DNA of 64,000 nucleotides from Octopus bimaculoides (taxonomy: Eukaryota): NCBI RefSeq assembly GCF_001194135.2, contig NC_068999.1, forward strand, positions 54,872,960-54,936,959. The letters run 5' to 3'. Of the stretch, positions 40,178 to 53,500 are shown piece after piece. The number at the start of each line of letters is the position of its first letter. The first letter of the stretch is position 1. The notes beneath the pieces were generated by a model. That model did no database searches. It had not been told where the DNA came from and saw only the letters and a program-made list of their open reading frames with translations. Both the position numbers and the translations under genes were made by a program.

Positions 40178-41459
40178 ATATATATATATCAGGAAATTAA
40201 AAATGAAATGTCTGATTTTCATATGCACCAAATTTGACAGTCGTTAACTCTAATGTTTTATTCTGACTATTCTTTGTTTTACAACATTGAAGAGTTACAT
40301 CATCACATTTTGAAATGCAATTCATGGTGTCTGATTATGTGAGTTTTCTCTTGTAAATCAATTTTTGTGAACCCAGGAATAGATAAAAAATTTGTGTTGT
40401 TTATGAATATAAGTTCTGTCATGGAACGAATGCATACCAGATAGTTTGAAACATCATTGAGGTGTTTGATGAAGATGGGGTAAATGAGTGCACTGTATGT
40501 TGACAGTTTGAGGAGTTCCGGTCTGGTGACTTTACTCTTGAAAATCAGCCCCGTGGTAGACCTGAGATCAAGGTGGATAAGGATGAGCTGGAAATTGTAG
40601 TGGAAGCGGATACATCTCAAACTACATGTGAGTTAGTAGCAAGGTTTGATGTTTTGATTCCAACTGTATTGGACCATCTGAAACAAATTGGCAAAGAAGC
40701 TGGACAATTGGGTGAACTGAACGAACTGAAAGAGCATCGAATGACCTGTCACGGATTTTTCAAATGACATGTCGTCTTGAAACTTGCTGTTCTTTGTTGT
40801 CACGGCATAAAAGCGAACCATTGTGTTGTATTGTGTGTGATGGAAAATGGATTCTTTCCAACAATAGCAAGTGTTCTGCATGGTGGTCAGATAAAGACGA
40901 AGTGCCAAAAAAGAATATTCACCAAAAAGGCTAATGGTATCTGTTTGGTGGTCCAGTGCTGGTGTCATCCACTACAGCTTTGTGAGACCTGGTAAGTCAA
41001 TTACAGTGGATGTATACATCAACTAATTAGATGAAATGATGAGTGAACTTGCAATTAAATACCGAGATTGGTCAATAGAGACAGGTCAGTTCTCTTGCGA
41101 GACAATGCTTGACCACATGTTGCACAAAGAACTCTACTCAAGTTACAGGAACAGAACTTGGAAGTACTGTCATCCATCATATTTGCTAGACCTTGCACCA
41201 ACTGACGATACCGTTTTCCAGGCATTAGGCAATATTTTACAAGGAAAAAAACTTCAAATCTGAAGAAGATGCAAGAACAGCCTTTTGTGATTTCATCACC
41301 TCTTGCTCTCCAGAATTCTTCAATGCTGGCATAAATATATATATATATATATATATAAAAATTAAGGTACTCAGAAATCTGGATGTTTGTACATTTACAG
41401 ATTTCTGAGTACCTTAATTTTTTTCTTTAAATTATTTTCTGTACATCACCTCCAAACCT

Positions 41460-41507
<48 letters not shown>

Positions 41508-41929
41508 ATGTATGTATCTGTGTGTGTGTGTGTGTATCTTTCTGTCTGTGTTTGTCTTCCACCACTACTTGACGATTGGTGTTGGTGTGTCTCCGTAACA
41601 TAGTGGTTTGGCAAAAAAAAGCCAATAGAATAAGTACCAGACTTTAAAAAATTAAGTACTGGGGTTGATTCATTTGACTAAAAATTCTTCATGGCAGTGT
41701 TCCTGCATGGCCACAGTCTAATGACTGAAACTAGTAAAAGGTAAAAGATCTAAACTTGTTTTTATGACCAAGCTATGGAGAAGAACCAATGTGTGTGTGA
41801 GAGAGCATTTTGTGTCATTAAGCATGGTTTCTTAACTCTTGTCTTGTTGATCTTTTTCAGATGAAATCCTGCCTTATTACCAACATGCAATCAAGATCAT
41901 TAGCATGTATGTATTCTATATATATATAT

Positions 41930-42009
<80 letters not shown>

Positions 42010-43732
42010 CATTGTTACCATTATGTTAATGTACCTCTTTCCATGCTTGCATAAGTTGAGTGGAATTTCCTGTTGCCAGCCTTCACCTGTTTGCAAATAA
42101 AGTATTATTCCCCCATGAACAGACATGTTTCCATGGAAAATTAAAAATGATCACAGCTTGCATGATGGTTACTCCTGTTTACAACTGTCACACGATGTCA
42201 AAGCAAGGTGGCACTAACACACACACACATTTCCAATCTGTTTCAGTAAATTCTGTCTTACTGATGCAAACATGGAAAAATAGATGTATATTGATGTATG
42301 TGCAATTGTTTCTATGAACCCTTGGTGCACTAATTGTAAACAATGGTCACCGTCATACAATGTGTCATTTGTTTACAAATCTCCATGAAAGCATATCCAG
42401 CTTTTGAGATGTTCATTGTTTGAGTCATTAGACTGCAGCCATGCTGGAGCACTACCTTGAAGAGTTTTTAGTTGAATGAATCAATCCCAGTACATTTTTG
42501 ACTAAGCTTGGTACTTATTCTATCAGTTTCTTTTCCTGAACCATTAAGTTACAGAGATGTAAACAAACCAGTACTGGTTATCAAGTGGTGGTGGGACATA
42601 CACATATGACAGGCTTCTTTCAGCTTCTGCCTACCAAATCCACTTGGAAACTTTGGTTGGCTCAAGGCTATAGTAGAAGACACTTTCCCAAGGTGCCGTG
42701 CAGTGTCACTGAACCCAGAATCATTGTAGGGCTGTAGAAAATATTACCTTACTTGGAAACAGGTGAGTGTTGGCAACAGTGAAAATATCTAGCTGTAGAA
42801 AGATCTGCCTTAACAAAGATTTACTTGATCCAAGCAAATGGGGAAAAGTGATTGTGAAAATGTTTATTTCTTTCATTCTTTCTCAGCTATTTTTACTTGC
42901 TTTCATGACTTGTAAAAGAGAAAATTTTTAGTTGTCATCATCATCATCTATCTGATTTCTATACTAACACGGGTTGGACAGTTTGACAGGAGTTGACCAG
43001 CCGGAGAGCTGCCCATGGTTCCAGTTATCTGTTTTGGCATGATGACTATGACTGCATACCCTTCTTAGTGCCAACCACTTTACAGTGTATGTATTGGGTG
43101 ATTTTTATGTGGCACTGGCACTGGTGACTTTTACATGGCACCAGCATGGATAATTTTTATGTGGCACCAGTATGGGTCCTTTTACATGGCACTGGCACTC
43201 ATGAGCCTGCAAAAATTTCATGCATTGGCCACAAAGTCAAAAGTTTTAGAAGAGAAGGATCTATCTTCTATATTGCGCCTACTACTTGACTGGTACTTTA
43301 TTTTATTGACCCTTAGAAAGATGAAAGGCAAAGTTGACCTTGGTTGAATTTGAACTCAAAATGATAAATTTTGGTATTTAATTATAGTAAAGGTTTGTAA
43401 TTAAATACCACATATTTTGTCTGATGTTTTGCTATGAACTGAATTTAATTTGTAAATCTATATAAACAGGAAACATCTTTATGGACATTCGGCCCACTAA
43501 AAATAGCAGCCAGATTTCTCTCAAATCACACCCTATTGTCTTAAAGAAAGGACACACTGGATATTGTAGTTTAAAGTATGCAATATCTAAAAATAAAAAG
43601 ACAAGTTGGTCATGGATAGAATGCTTCTGATCATAGGTCTACCTGATCATGACTGACCTAGAGCAAAACAATAGCAATGTCATATTAATTACTCTATTGC
43701 TTCACCAATACATATATATATATATATATATG

Positions 43733-43797
<65 letters not shown>

Positions 43798-46314
43798 TCC
43801 ACTTGTTGGTCATGTTAATAAAATTATCTCCTTTTAAAACTAGTTACATAAGAAGTACTTTAATGTCATCAACATCATGCAATAACACAGGACACACTAC
43901 ACATTTTCTCTCTGACATTTCAATTGATAATAACATTGATATTTGTAAAAATAAAAATTGAGTATAGCAGAGTATATTTGTATGTTTAAAATGTGTATAA
44001 ACATATTTTGTTACACTCAACTTTTTTTTTGATAGTTTTCATGCCGTGCTTGATATAAATAGAATTTTTAACATTTGCTAAACTATCACTAATATTTAAA
44101 TTTACTGAAATCCACTTGTTAGCTAAATGCCATACACTATGTGGGTGTAAGTTGCTGTACCAATATGCAAATTAATATACTTGTTAGCTAAGCACCATTC
44201 TCTGTGTAGCTGGAAGTTGTTGCATCTTACTAGAACAGTATAATTAAGTGGAATTTGGTGAAGGTTAATGACTTGTATAGCTGGTCTTTCTACCATCTGT
44301 ACTGTTTTGTTTAAAACAGTTATTTTTCCCACTGTAAGACTAGATTTTAAATAGGCATGGTTGCCTGGTTAAGAAGTTGGCCTTGCTACCACAAAACTTT
44401 GAGTCTGATACTGTTGTGCAGCATCTTGGGGAAACGTCTTCAACTATAGCTGACCTATGCCTTGTGAGTGAATTTTGTAAATGGAACTGCAGGAAGCCCA
44501 TTATATATGTGTGTATGCATGTATGTGTGTGTATGTGCTGGGCCTCATGTAGGCAATTATGCCAGTGTCGTGTAATTAGCATCTGTGCTAGTGACATGTA
44601 AAAAGCACCTTTCAAGTGCTGGGCCTCACGGGGGCAATGACAAATGACCAAGACCTTTGGCAATATGCTGTGCTTGAGAAGACCCATGGAGCTAAATGAA
44701 ACCATGGTCATGACAAATACTGGTGTCATGCAACTGGCACCAATGCCAGTTGCATGTAAAAGCACCTATTACCCTCTCGGAGTGGTTGGCATTAGGAAGG
44801 GCATCTAGCCGTAGAGACCAATAAAATCTAAAATATGTATGTTTTTATATATAATCACATTATACAAAAAGTGAGATACTTGACACTGCTTCTGAGCTAC
44901 AAGATCTTGAATGCCAGAGAGTGCACAATGTAAGTCTCTTTCAACGTTCAGCCTGTTTCTGTACTTGGTCTTGATAGCAATGAGCATGGAAAATATCAGC
45001 TTCACAAAGATACATAGATCCAAACATAGCTAAAAGCTGAAGAGCCTGATGTGAGATCAGAGAGTGAACAGGAAGGTACTTGATCCAGAACATTTCAAGA
45101 TCTAGTTCCTTGAAGTCTTCCTTAGCTGGGGAGTTGAACTTCAGCTCAAGAAACCCCTTTTGCACTTCATCCAATATATCAGTCACTTCACACTGAAATG
45201 GGTTCCTGATGAATTTCCAAGCTTCACACTTTTCATCTATATCTGGGAAGTATCTGATGAATTCTGTTTTCAAGTCAGTTAGATGAGTGATTATTTGTTT
45301 CTTTAACTCAGAATCCAAGTAACTAAAACTGGGGCTGTATTTCCCTACTGAATTCAACATTTCCAGAGGTCGAGTTTGGCCATGAAGTTATAAAACCTCG
45401 AAAAAAGGTATAATTGTAAGGTTAAATGAAGGCACCCGGACATGGGGTAGAGTGTGTGTCCCCTCTTTCATTGTACTGTCATGTTTGTATATGTACTGCC
45501 CCCTTTATATTTAGCCCCCTGTGGGCAATAAAAAAAAAAAAATTTGTTGTTACAATCATCTGAAATCAAAGTGTGATAGTCAAGCAATTTTGCTATTCAA
45601 CTTCAAAAAAGGGCATTAAGCAGCTGAAACTGCTCACAATGTCAATGAAATCTTTGGTGAGGAAATGACCAGTGGGTGGTCAGCTTGAAAATGGTTTAAA
45701 TGATTTCAGAGTGGAGACCTGAGCCTTGAAGATCGTGAGCGTAGTGGCCACCCATCTGTCATCAATGACAGTCAATTGAGGACCATCATTGAGAAAGATC
45801 CATGTAAAACCACTCGAGAACTGGCAAAAGAACTTCAAGTTAGCCAGAAAACTGCTTGCAACCATTTGCATGTGATCAGAAAATCAAAAAAGCTTGACAA
45901 ATGGGTATCACATGATTTGAATGAAAATCAGAAAATGTGAAGAGTTAAAATTTTTCTCATTGCTTCTTCTCCATAACCAGACTATTGTAACTTGCAATGA
46001 AAAGTGGGTTCTGTACAATGATAAAAAACATTCTTCGAAGTGGTTAGACCAAACTGAAGCACTGAAAACCTTCCTTAAACCTGAGCTCTTCAAAAACAAG
46101 GTTATGGTGACTGTTTGGTGGTGTACTGCTGCATTCATCCACTGTAACTTCTTAAAGCCCGGAAAAATCATTACTGCAGAAACATATTGCCATGAAATTG
46201 CCAAAATGAATGGAAAACTGCTACTCTTCCAACCCAGACTGGTCAACAGAAGAGTCAATCATTCTTCATGATAATGCTCGACCACACATTTCACTAATGA
46301 CGCTCCAGAAGTTG

Positions 46315-46364
<50 letters not shown>

Positions 46365-47200
46365 TAGTAATGGTAAAACAACAAAAGAATGAAAGAGACC
46401 TCGATATTATGTAAATAGAGGAATTTATCTGTAATATATGTGACAATTATTCAGTTGCCATAATAAAACTCCAAGTTTTTAAAATATTAAAATTTATTCT
46501 TCTTGCACAGCCCAGTACTGAATAATCTACAGCTTGGTTGTTGAAGACCCCTGCCATAAAGTGTCTTTATGGCTCTTTGTTTCACATGGCAATGCATGTA
46601 ATAATAATGGTGCCAAATGGCCTTTCCCTTGGATAAACATTAGTGGTTAAAGAAAGGGGAGACTTGTTTACATAGGCAACTGCTAGTTGCTAGTCTTTCT
46701 CAGAAGATATTGTCCAGACCTGTTCATACATGTGTGGAAGCGTGGTCAACAGGGGCATCATTAAGGTGAAAAAAACCCATCAGTATTTAGTTTATTGTTG
46801 AACCATCTGTGCCATTCCACCACTCTTGGGAGAAATCTGACCTTTTCAAACATTTCTCAGCTTTATATATATACTAGCAGTAATACCTGTTGTTGATTAG
46901 GTAATTACTTTTACTTTTTCTCAGGAGCCACATTCAAAGTGTTATATATATATATATAAATAACATATGAGTATATGCATATATATGAACATGTATGTAC
47001 ATACCTTCATCTACATATATCATCATCGTTCATCATCATCATCATCGTTTAACGTCCGCTTTCCATGCTAGCATGGGTTGGACGATTTGACTGAGGACTG
47101 GTGAAACCGGATGGCAACACCAGGCTCCAGTCTGATTTGGCAGAGTTTCTACAGCTGGATGCCCTTCCTAACGCCAACCACTCAGAGAGTGTAGTGGGTG

Positions 47201-47232
<32 letters not shown>

Positions 47233-48764
47233 GATGCATTTCTGGGTACATGACGTTGCAAAATAACATGGACAAAATGATAAACAAGGTACAGGCCACA
47301 CACACACACACACACACATATAGATTTACTCCTCCTGTATGTATGCATTTTATATAGAAAAAAGATCAATTTCATACACAAACTTCTGTTTGTTTATTAT
47401 ACAACAATAATAAGTGAGTTGTATGTGTTATTTTAAATATCAATACAGTAATGGCAATTATATAACACGCAAAGCTTTGGTTGGCATGGAGCTGTAATGA
47501 AAGAGATTTGCCCAACATGCTGCACAGTGGAACGGAACCCAAAGTGACATGGCTGGAAAGCAAGTTTCTCAACCATACACCCATGCCTATAAAGGAAAGA
47601 AACATTTTGGATATACTCCTTGATACAATATGCTTAACAAAAAGATGGGATGTTTATGGCAAGAACACCTTTGATTTTAGTATTTACTCAACCAATGCAA
47701 CAACTAACAACGCTACACCATACAGGGTGTTCCAGAATTTCTGTTTCAATGAAATTGAGTAAATTTTAAAAAGAAACTGACAGAATTTTATGTTTAATAC
47801 TTAATTATGATACCAAAAGAAATAGATTTATAAATCTTATGCCAAATTTTCATTGAAAAATTTTCAACATGTCTGTATCCCTGCATACTTCAAATCTCTC
47901 CTTAGCATTGTGAAACACATTTTGAAGCATTTCAGGAGTTAACTCCTGCACTGCTAACTGAATGTGCTCTTTAAGCTCATCTAAATGATTGTGCCATTTT
48001 GTGGATAGAGGCAAAGAAAATGATTGCTGCCAACTTGAAAAAAAGCTGTCCTGGACAAATAAGAGGGATTGATCAGGAATGAAAATAAAATTATAAAAAA
48101 ATTATAAACAAAATTCGAAATTTATACACTTTTAACACTAAACACGATAAACATAAATAAATGTGAGTTTTAAAAAAATGCATCTGATTTCACTCAAATT
48201 GAAATTAATTCTGGGACACTTTGTATTTACTCGTCTGACTAAATGGGGGAGGGAATACAGGTGGGGACTAATTGCAGGACTAAAACAAGGATAAAACCCT
48301 GAGCAATATACTCAAATCTGATTAATCTGCATTTTTGGGTGGGTCCATAGTTGGCGTCAGAAATTTATTTTAGCCAACAACAATTCAAGAAGCCTGATTA
48401 ATTTGGAGGAAAGCGGCTGGATACTCTTCAAGTTACAGACCTTAACGCTGCCAAAATACTTATAAAATGTGTTTTATCTGCCCCTGGGCCTGTATTAGGC
48501 AAGAAGTTGAAAATATTTCTGGCCCATGACACTCCATTGACCCTAAGTAAAGCATGTGTAAAATTTGAATGAAACCAGCTGGGTACTCTTTTAATAAAGC
48601 TGCAAAATTATCAGAAAAACTGCTACTCGGAGTTTCACATACCCGTTTGTCAGACAGTTGTGTTTTCTTCACAGCTGTCTGACAAAAGGGAACGCGAAAC
48701 TCAGAATAATAGTTTTTGTGATAATTTTGCAGCTTTAATAAAAGAACACACACACACACAAACA

Positions 48765-48802
<38 letters not shown>

Positions 48803-50516
48803 AAATTGAGAATGTGTGTTTGTCTATCTGTCTGTGTGAATCCCTAAATCCCTAATTTTGCATATTACTCTACTTTTGGTATTCGAGTACTATTTTTCCA
48901 ACTTGTTTTGTACTTACGTGCTCACCTGTGTGTGTGTGTGTATTTGGGGAAACTATTATACTAATTCAGTCTCATTTATTATTATCATTGCATACAAATT
49001 ACATGTGTGTTAAAAGGGAAAGAAGCACAGGCTAAAACAAATGTTATGTCTTGTAATATATTTCATGTTACTTAAATCTACTGTTTAGTACATTAATATT
49101 TAATTATTAATGTATTAAACAACAGATTAGGTTAGCATAGCATTATTTCTGCAAACTGGCCATACCAGTTTGGTGTAGTCATCTGATTAAGTGGCCTATA
49201 AATATTAGCTATATATCTGTAAACAGAGAAACTGGAATACTTAGTTTATGAGGGCAGTCCCAACCAGGGCAGAAACCAGGTCAAGTAAGTCCATTTTGTT
49301 TTTGTTCACAGAAAGATTAATCAGACTTTTGTGTCTTAGTATGGTCATTATTTTTAATATATAAAACCACAGTAATGGTTGCTAGGACTTAAACATATCA
49401 TAAGATATATTTCAAATTATTAATCATAGCACAATTGGTAGAGCAACAGATTAAATGAATTGTGACATTTAGTTTAAGCCTCTTTACATTGTGTTCACAT
49501 TCTGTTGTCTTTTATCTTTTTCATTCATTAGACTGCGGCCATGCTGGGGCACTGCCTCAAAGAGTTTAGTTGAACAAATTGACCACAGTACTTTTTTGTT
49601 TTCAAGTCTGGTACTTATTTTATTGGTCTCTTTTGCTGAGCTGCCAAGTTACGGGGATGTAAAACCCTAACACCTCTTATCAAGCAGTAGGACAAATGCA
49701 AACACACAGACGTGCCATCATCATCATTATTTAATGTCTGTGTTCCATGCCAGCATGGGTTGGACAGTTTGACAAGAACTGGCAAGCTGAAGGACTGCAC
49801 CTGTCTCCAATCATCTCTTTTTGGCTTGATTTATATGGCTGGATGCCCTTCCGTAACATCAATCAATTTACAGTTTGTACTGAACACTTTTTACCTGGTG
49901 CTTGTCACATGGTGCTGGTACAGGTTATTTTACTATGTGGCACTGGTACAGGTACTTTGTATATGGTGCCGGCATGGGTACTTTTTGCACATGTCTATAC
50001 ATACATACACAATGGGCTTCTTCACAGTTTTTGTCTACAAAATTCACTTGCAAGTCATTGGTCAATCTGATGTTATATTAGAAGACATTTGACCAAGGTG
50101 GCTGAGCCTGAAATCAGTGGCATTTCCTTTTTAAATTAAATTTTCTTAAACTTTATCAAAGTACCTCTTCTTGCAGAAACCTGGAATTTTTTTCACAGGA
50201 CCTTAGAATTCTTTGGAAGCTATTTTGAGAAATTCTACAGTCGACTATTGTCTTCTGGGCAATTTGTGATCAAGAATTAGTTACCACTATTCATCTAGGG
50301 TATCGTTAATGTCAGTGTGGCTGTTAACTTTGTTCACTCTTATAACAAGTGTTGATGTTGATAATTTTTTTCTGTATCTTTCAGGCATTTTGATACTCCA
50401 ACTAACTGTAATGAATTTGACATTGTGGAGAAAATTAAAAGACACTGTAAGTATTAATTATTAAAACTTTGCTTTAAGTGGTTTAGATATAGTGTGTCTA
50501 TGTGTGTGTGTGTATG

Positions 50517-50548
<32 letters not shown>

Positions 50549-53500
50549 ATCATCATCATCATCATCGTTTAACGTCCGCTTTCCATGCTAGCATGGGTTG
50601 GACGATTTGACTGAGGACTGGTGAAACCGGATGGCAACACCAGGCTCCAGTCTGATTTGGCAGAGTTTCTACAGCTGGATGCCCTTCCTAACGCCAACCA
50701 CTCAGAGAGTGTAGTGGGTGCTTTTACGTGTCACCCGCACGAAAACGGCCANNNNNNNNNNNNNNNNNNNNNNNNNNNNNNNNNNNNNNNNNNNNNNNNN
50801 NNNNNNNNNNNNNNNNNNNNNNNNNNNNNNNNNNNNNNNNNNNNNNNNNNNNNNNNNGAGAGTAATAGTAGGCATAGAGATGGTGTGGGTGGTGGTGAAC
50901 AGAGAGAGAGAGAGAAAGAAAAAATAGGAGAGAAAGAAATTTAGAGAGAGTTGATGATGTTTTATTAAAAGTAGTAGTGTTGATGGTGGCAGTGGGAGTA
51001 ATAATAAAAGAGAGAAAGAATGGGTATGTGAGAGAAAGAGGAAGATGTACAACTTTTAACCATATCTCTTTGACAGAAATTCGTGTGACCAACATACTGA
51101 ACACTATCATTTTTGCTTTATTTCTTGCTTTATTTAATACAGTTGTGAAATGCTGCTAAACATTTTGCCTAGTGTGCTAATGATTCTGCCACCTTGCTGC
51201 CTTAATGTTGAAATATTATCCTCTTTCTCAGTCATCAGTACTTAAGTGTTGTGCATTTTCTGATTGCAGTAGCTAGAAATGGAAGAGAGAAAGAAGCTGC
51301 TTCATTTGCCAGTTCTTACAGAGTATTCCAGAACAATGTAAGTCAACATGATCACTACACTCTTACTGTCGTGAAGTTTTTTTTGCAGGGTGGACAATTA
51401 ACGATTTTATGACCTTATGTTGATTTGTACAGTGGCTGGGGTATCCTTGTATTTAACCTGTTCTTGATTTTATCAGGGCTGAAAGTTTGAAAGACTCTTC
51501 TCCCTATATTTCCGGCCTTATGTCTATGGTGGAAATAATTATTGCTTAACCCTTTAGCATTCAGATTGTCAAATGTAATGTTATGTATTGACATTGTTTT
51601 GAATTATTCACATATTATCTTGTTGCTTGGATATTTCAATGACTGCTTATTTTTAGAATGACATTGTAGGGTAGGTGTGAGAAACCAGATCTGACTAGTT
51701 TGATCCTAAAGCAGGTAGAATATTTGAGATGGATATGGCCGGTTTAAATGCTAAAGGGTTAATGGTAGTCATTAAATAAAATGCCTTGTGGTATTTCACA
51801 ATTAACCATTACAATCTGAGTTCAAATCCCATTGAGGTCGACTTGACCGATACTTTATTTTATTGACTTAGGAAGGACAAATGGCAAAGTACTGGAATCA
51901 TTATAGTTGACTATTTTTTGTCCCAGAACTTTTGGGCTTGTCCCTATGTGAAAAAAAAAAAAAAAATCACAATTTCTTTTTCTTTGTTTTGTTTCAGAAT
52001 ACTATCAAACAAAAGGGATCTGTACTTGTATTTCTGTATCGTCTGAAAGAAAGTAACTTGCTGAACAACCAGCTGGTAATTAATTCTCATATTCTCTTTC
52101 ATTAATTAATAATTTTTAAGCTAATGAACAGCAGTACCCAGTCTTGCTCAGGTTTGTTAATTATAATCATATTAGTTCATTATATTTGAGACTAGCAGAG
52201 GCACCCAGTGTTGCCTAGGAATGAAATTGTTCCTTATATATTGGAAGAAAAAAGCAAAATATGCTGTATAGAAATTTGTTATTCTAAATTAAATTTATTC
52301 TTCAATTGGGAAATCAATTCTGAATTCATAATACAAAAATGATAATAATAATAATTTTTATCTTATGCACAACATTGTTCTGGAAGAAGTTTAGGTTCAT
52401 GTTCATTCACAAATGTAACCAAGCCTGTGATATCATAATTTGTCTCTCTTGCTATATCTCTTGAAGTTAAATCACTAATCCGATGGCTTGTTTTTGGCAG
52501 TCCAGAGCCCAGACTCTTGCAAATTTTTGTCTCCCATGGCCAAAACTTGATCCTCAATTTCAATCAGTGCTTGGTTAAAAATTGTTTCAGAGAACTGAAT
52601 ATTGATATCTGGGTTTGCCTGTTGAACTGCATACTTTAAGTCTTCAGCCATATCCTAATAATGTTTCATCCAAAGCTGTAGGAGACTGCCAAGTTGGCAC
52701 ATGTTCAGTAGAATTGCAAAAAAGTTTCCTTGGAGAATCTGTTACTGATGCTTCAGTCAATGCAAGGTCCCAATGTTCATAATTTTCTTAAAAAAAAAAA
52801 AAAACCTTGTTGATAGCATGATTCCTTATAAGTTTCACTAACATGACCATCTACCCTCCTTGAATCTTGGAATGATTTGGGACCACGTATTTCATGCAAA
52901 AGGAAGTGTAAGTAGTAGCATTCTGCTTGGCTTGGAGGGGACACTGTAAACTCTTGCAAGTGCATCATCCCCGCATTTCCTCTTGTGCCATTTGTTTCTC
53001 CATGTGGCTGCCTCAACATTACTGTCGAAAACTACTTTTTTATTGGGTACAGGGAGAATATTCTAGAAGATTGAATGATGAGATGGCTAGAAGCTGATAT
53101 CATGCAATGGCTCATTGCTGATGAGTTGCTTAATAGACCAATCATGTGAAACTACTGTGGTTTGAGTGTGATGTCTGACCAGCTACCTAATGGTTTCATT
53201 TCAAATCACCCCTACATATTAAAATATTAGTATGATACATATATCTGGCAGTATCTTACTTTCTGTAAGGCATCAGTTCCCAATTTATTATCACCTCACA
53301 AACTGGGTTACTGTATCTGATTGTGAAAGAGTTGTGAAGACAAAAGTCTTTTATCTTTGAAATAAGTGATAAAATGTAAAATTTTCTTGCAATGACATGG
53401 ATTGGCATAAGGACCACAACACAACGTTTATGTAAGCAAAAATCAAGAAATATTTCTCCAAAAGTATCACATGTTAATGTGTTAAATTTTGATAAAATTA

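Noticed and set aside
44805-45360. Possible domesticated ZBED5/FAM200-like gene nested antisense in intron 2
   Set aside because: Only the C-terminal third is present, it is frameshifted, and it is flanked by other repeats.
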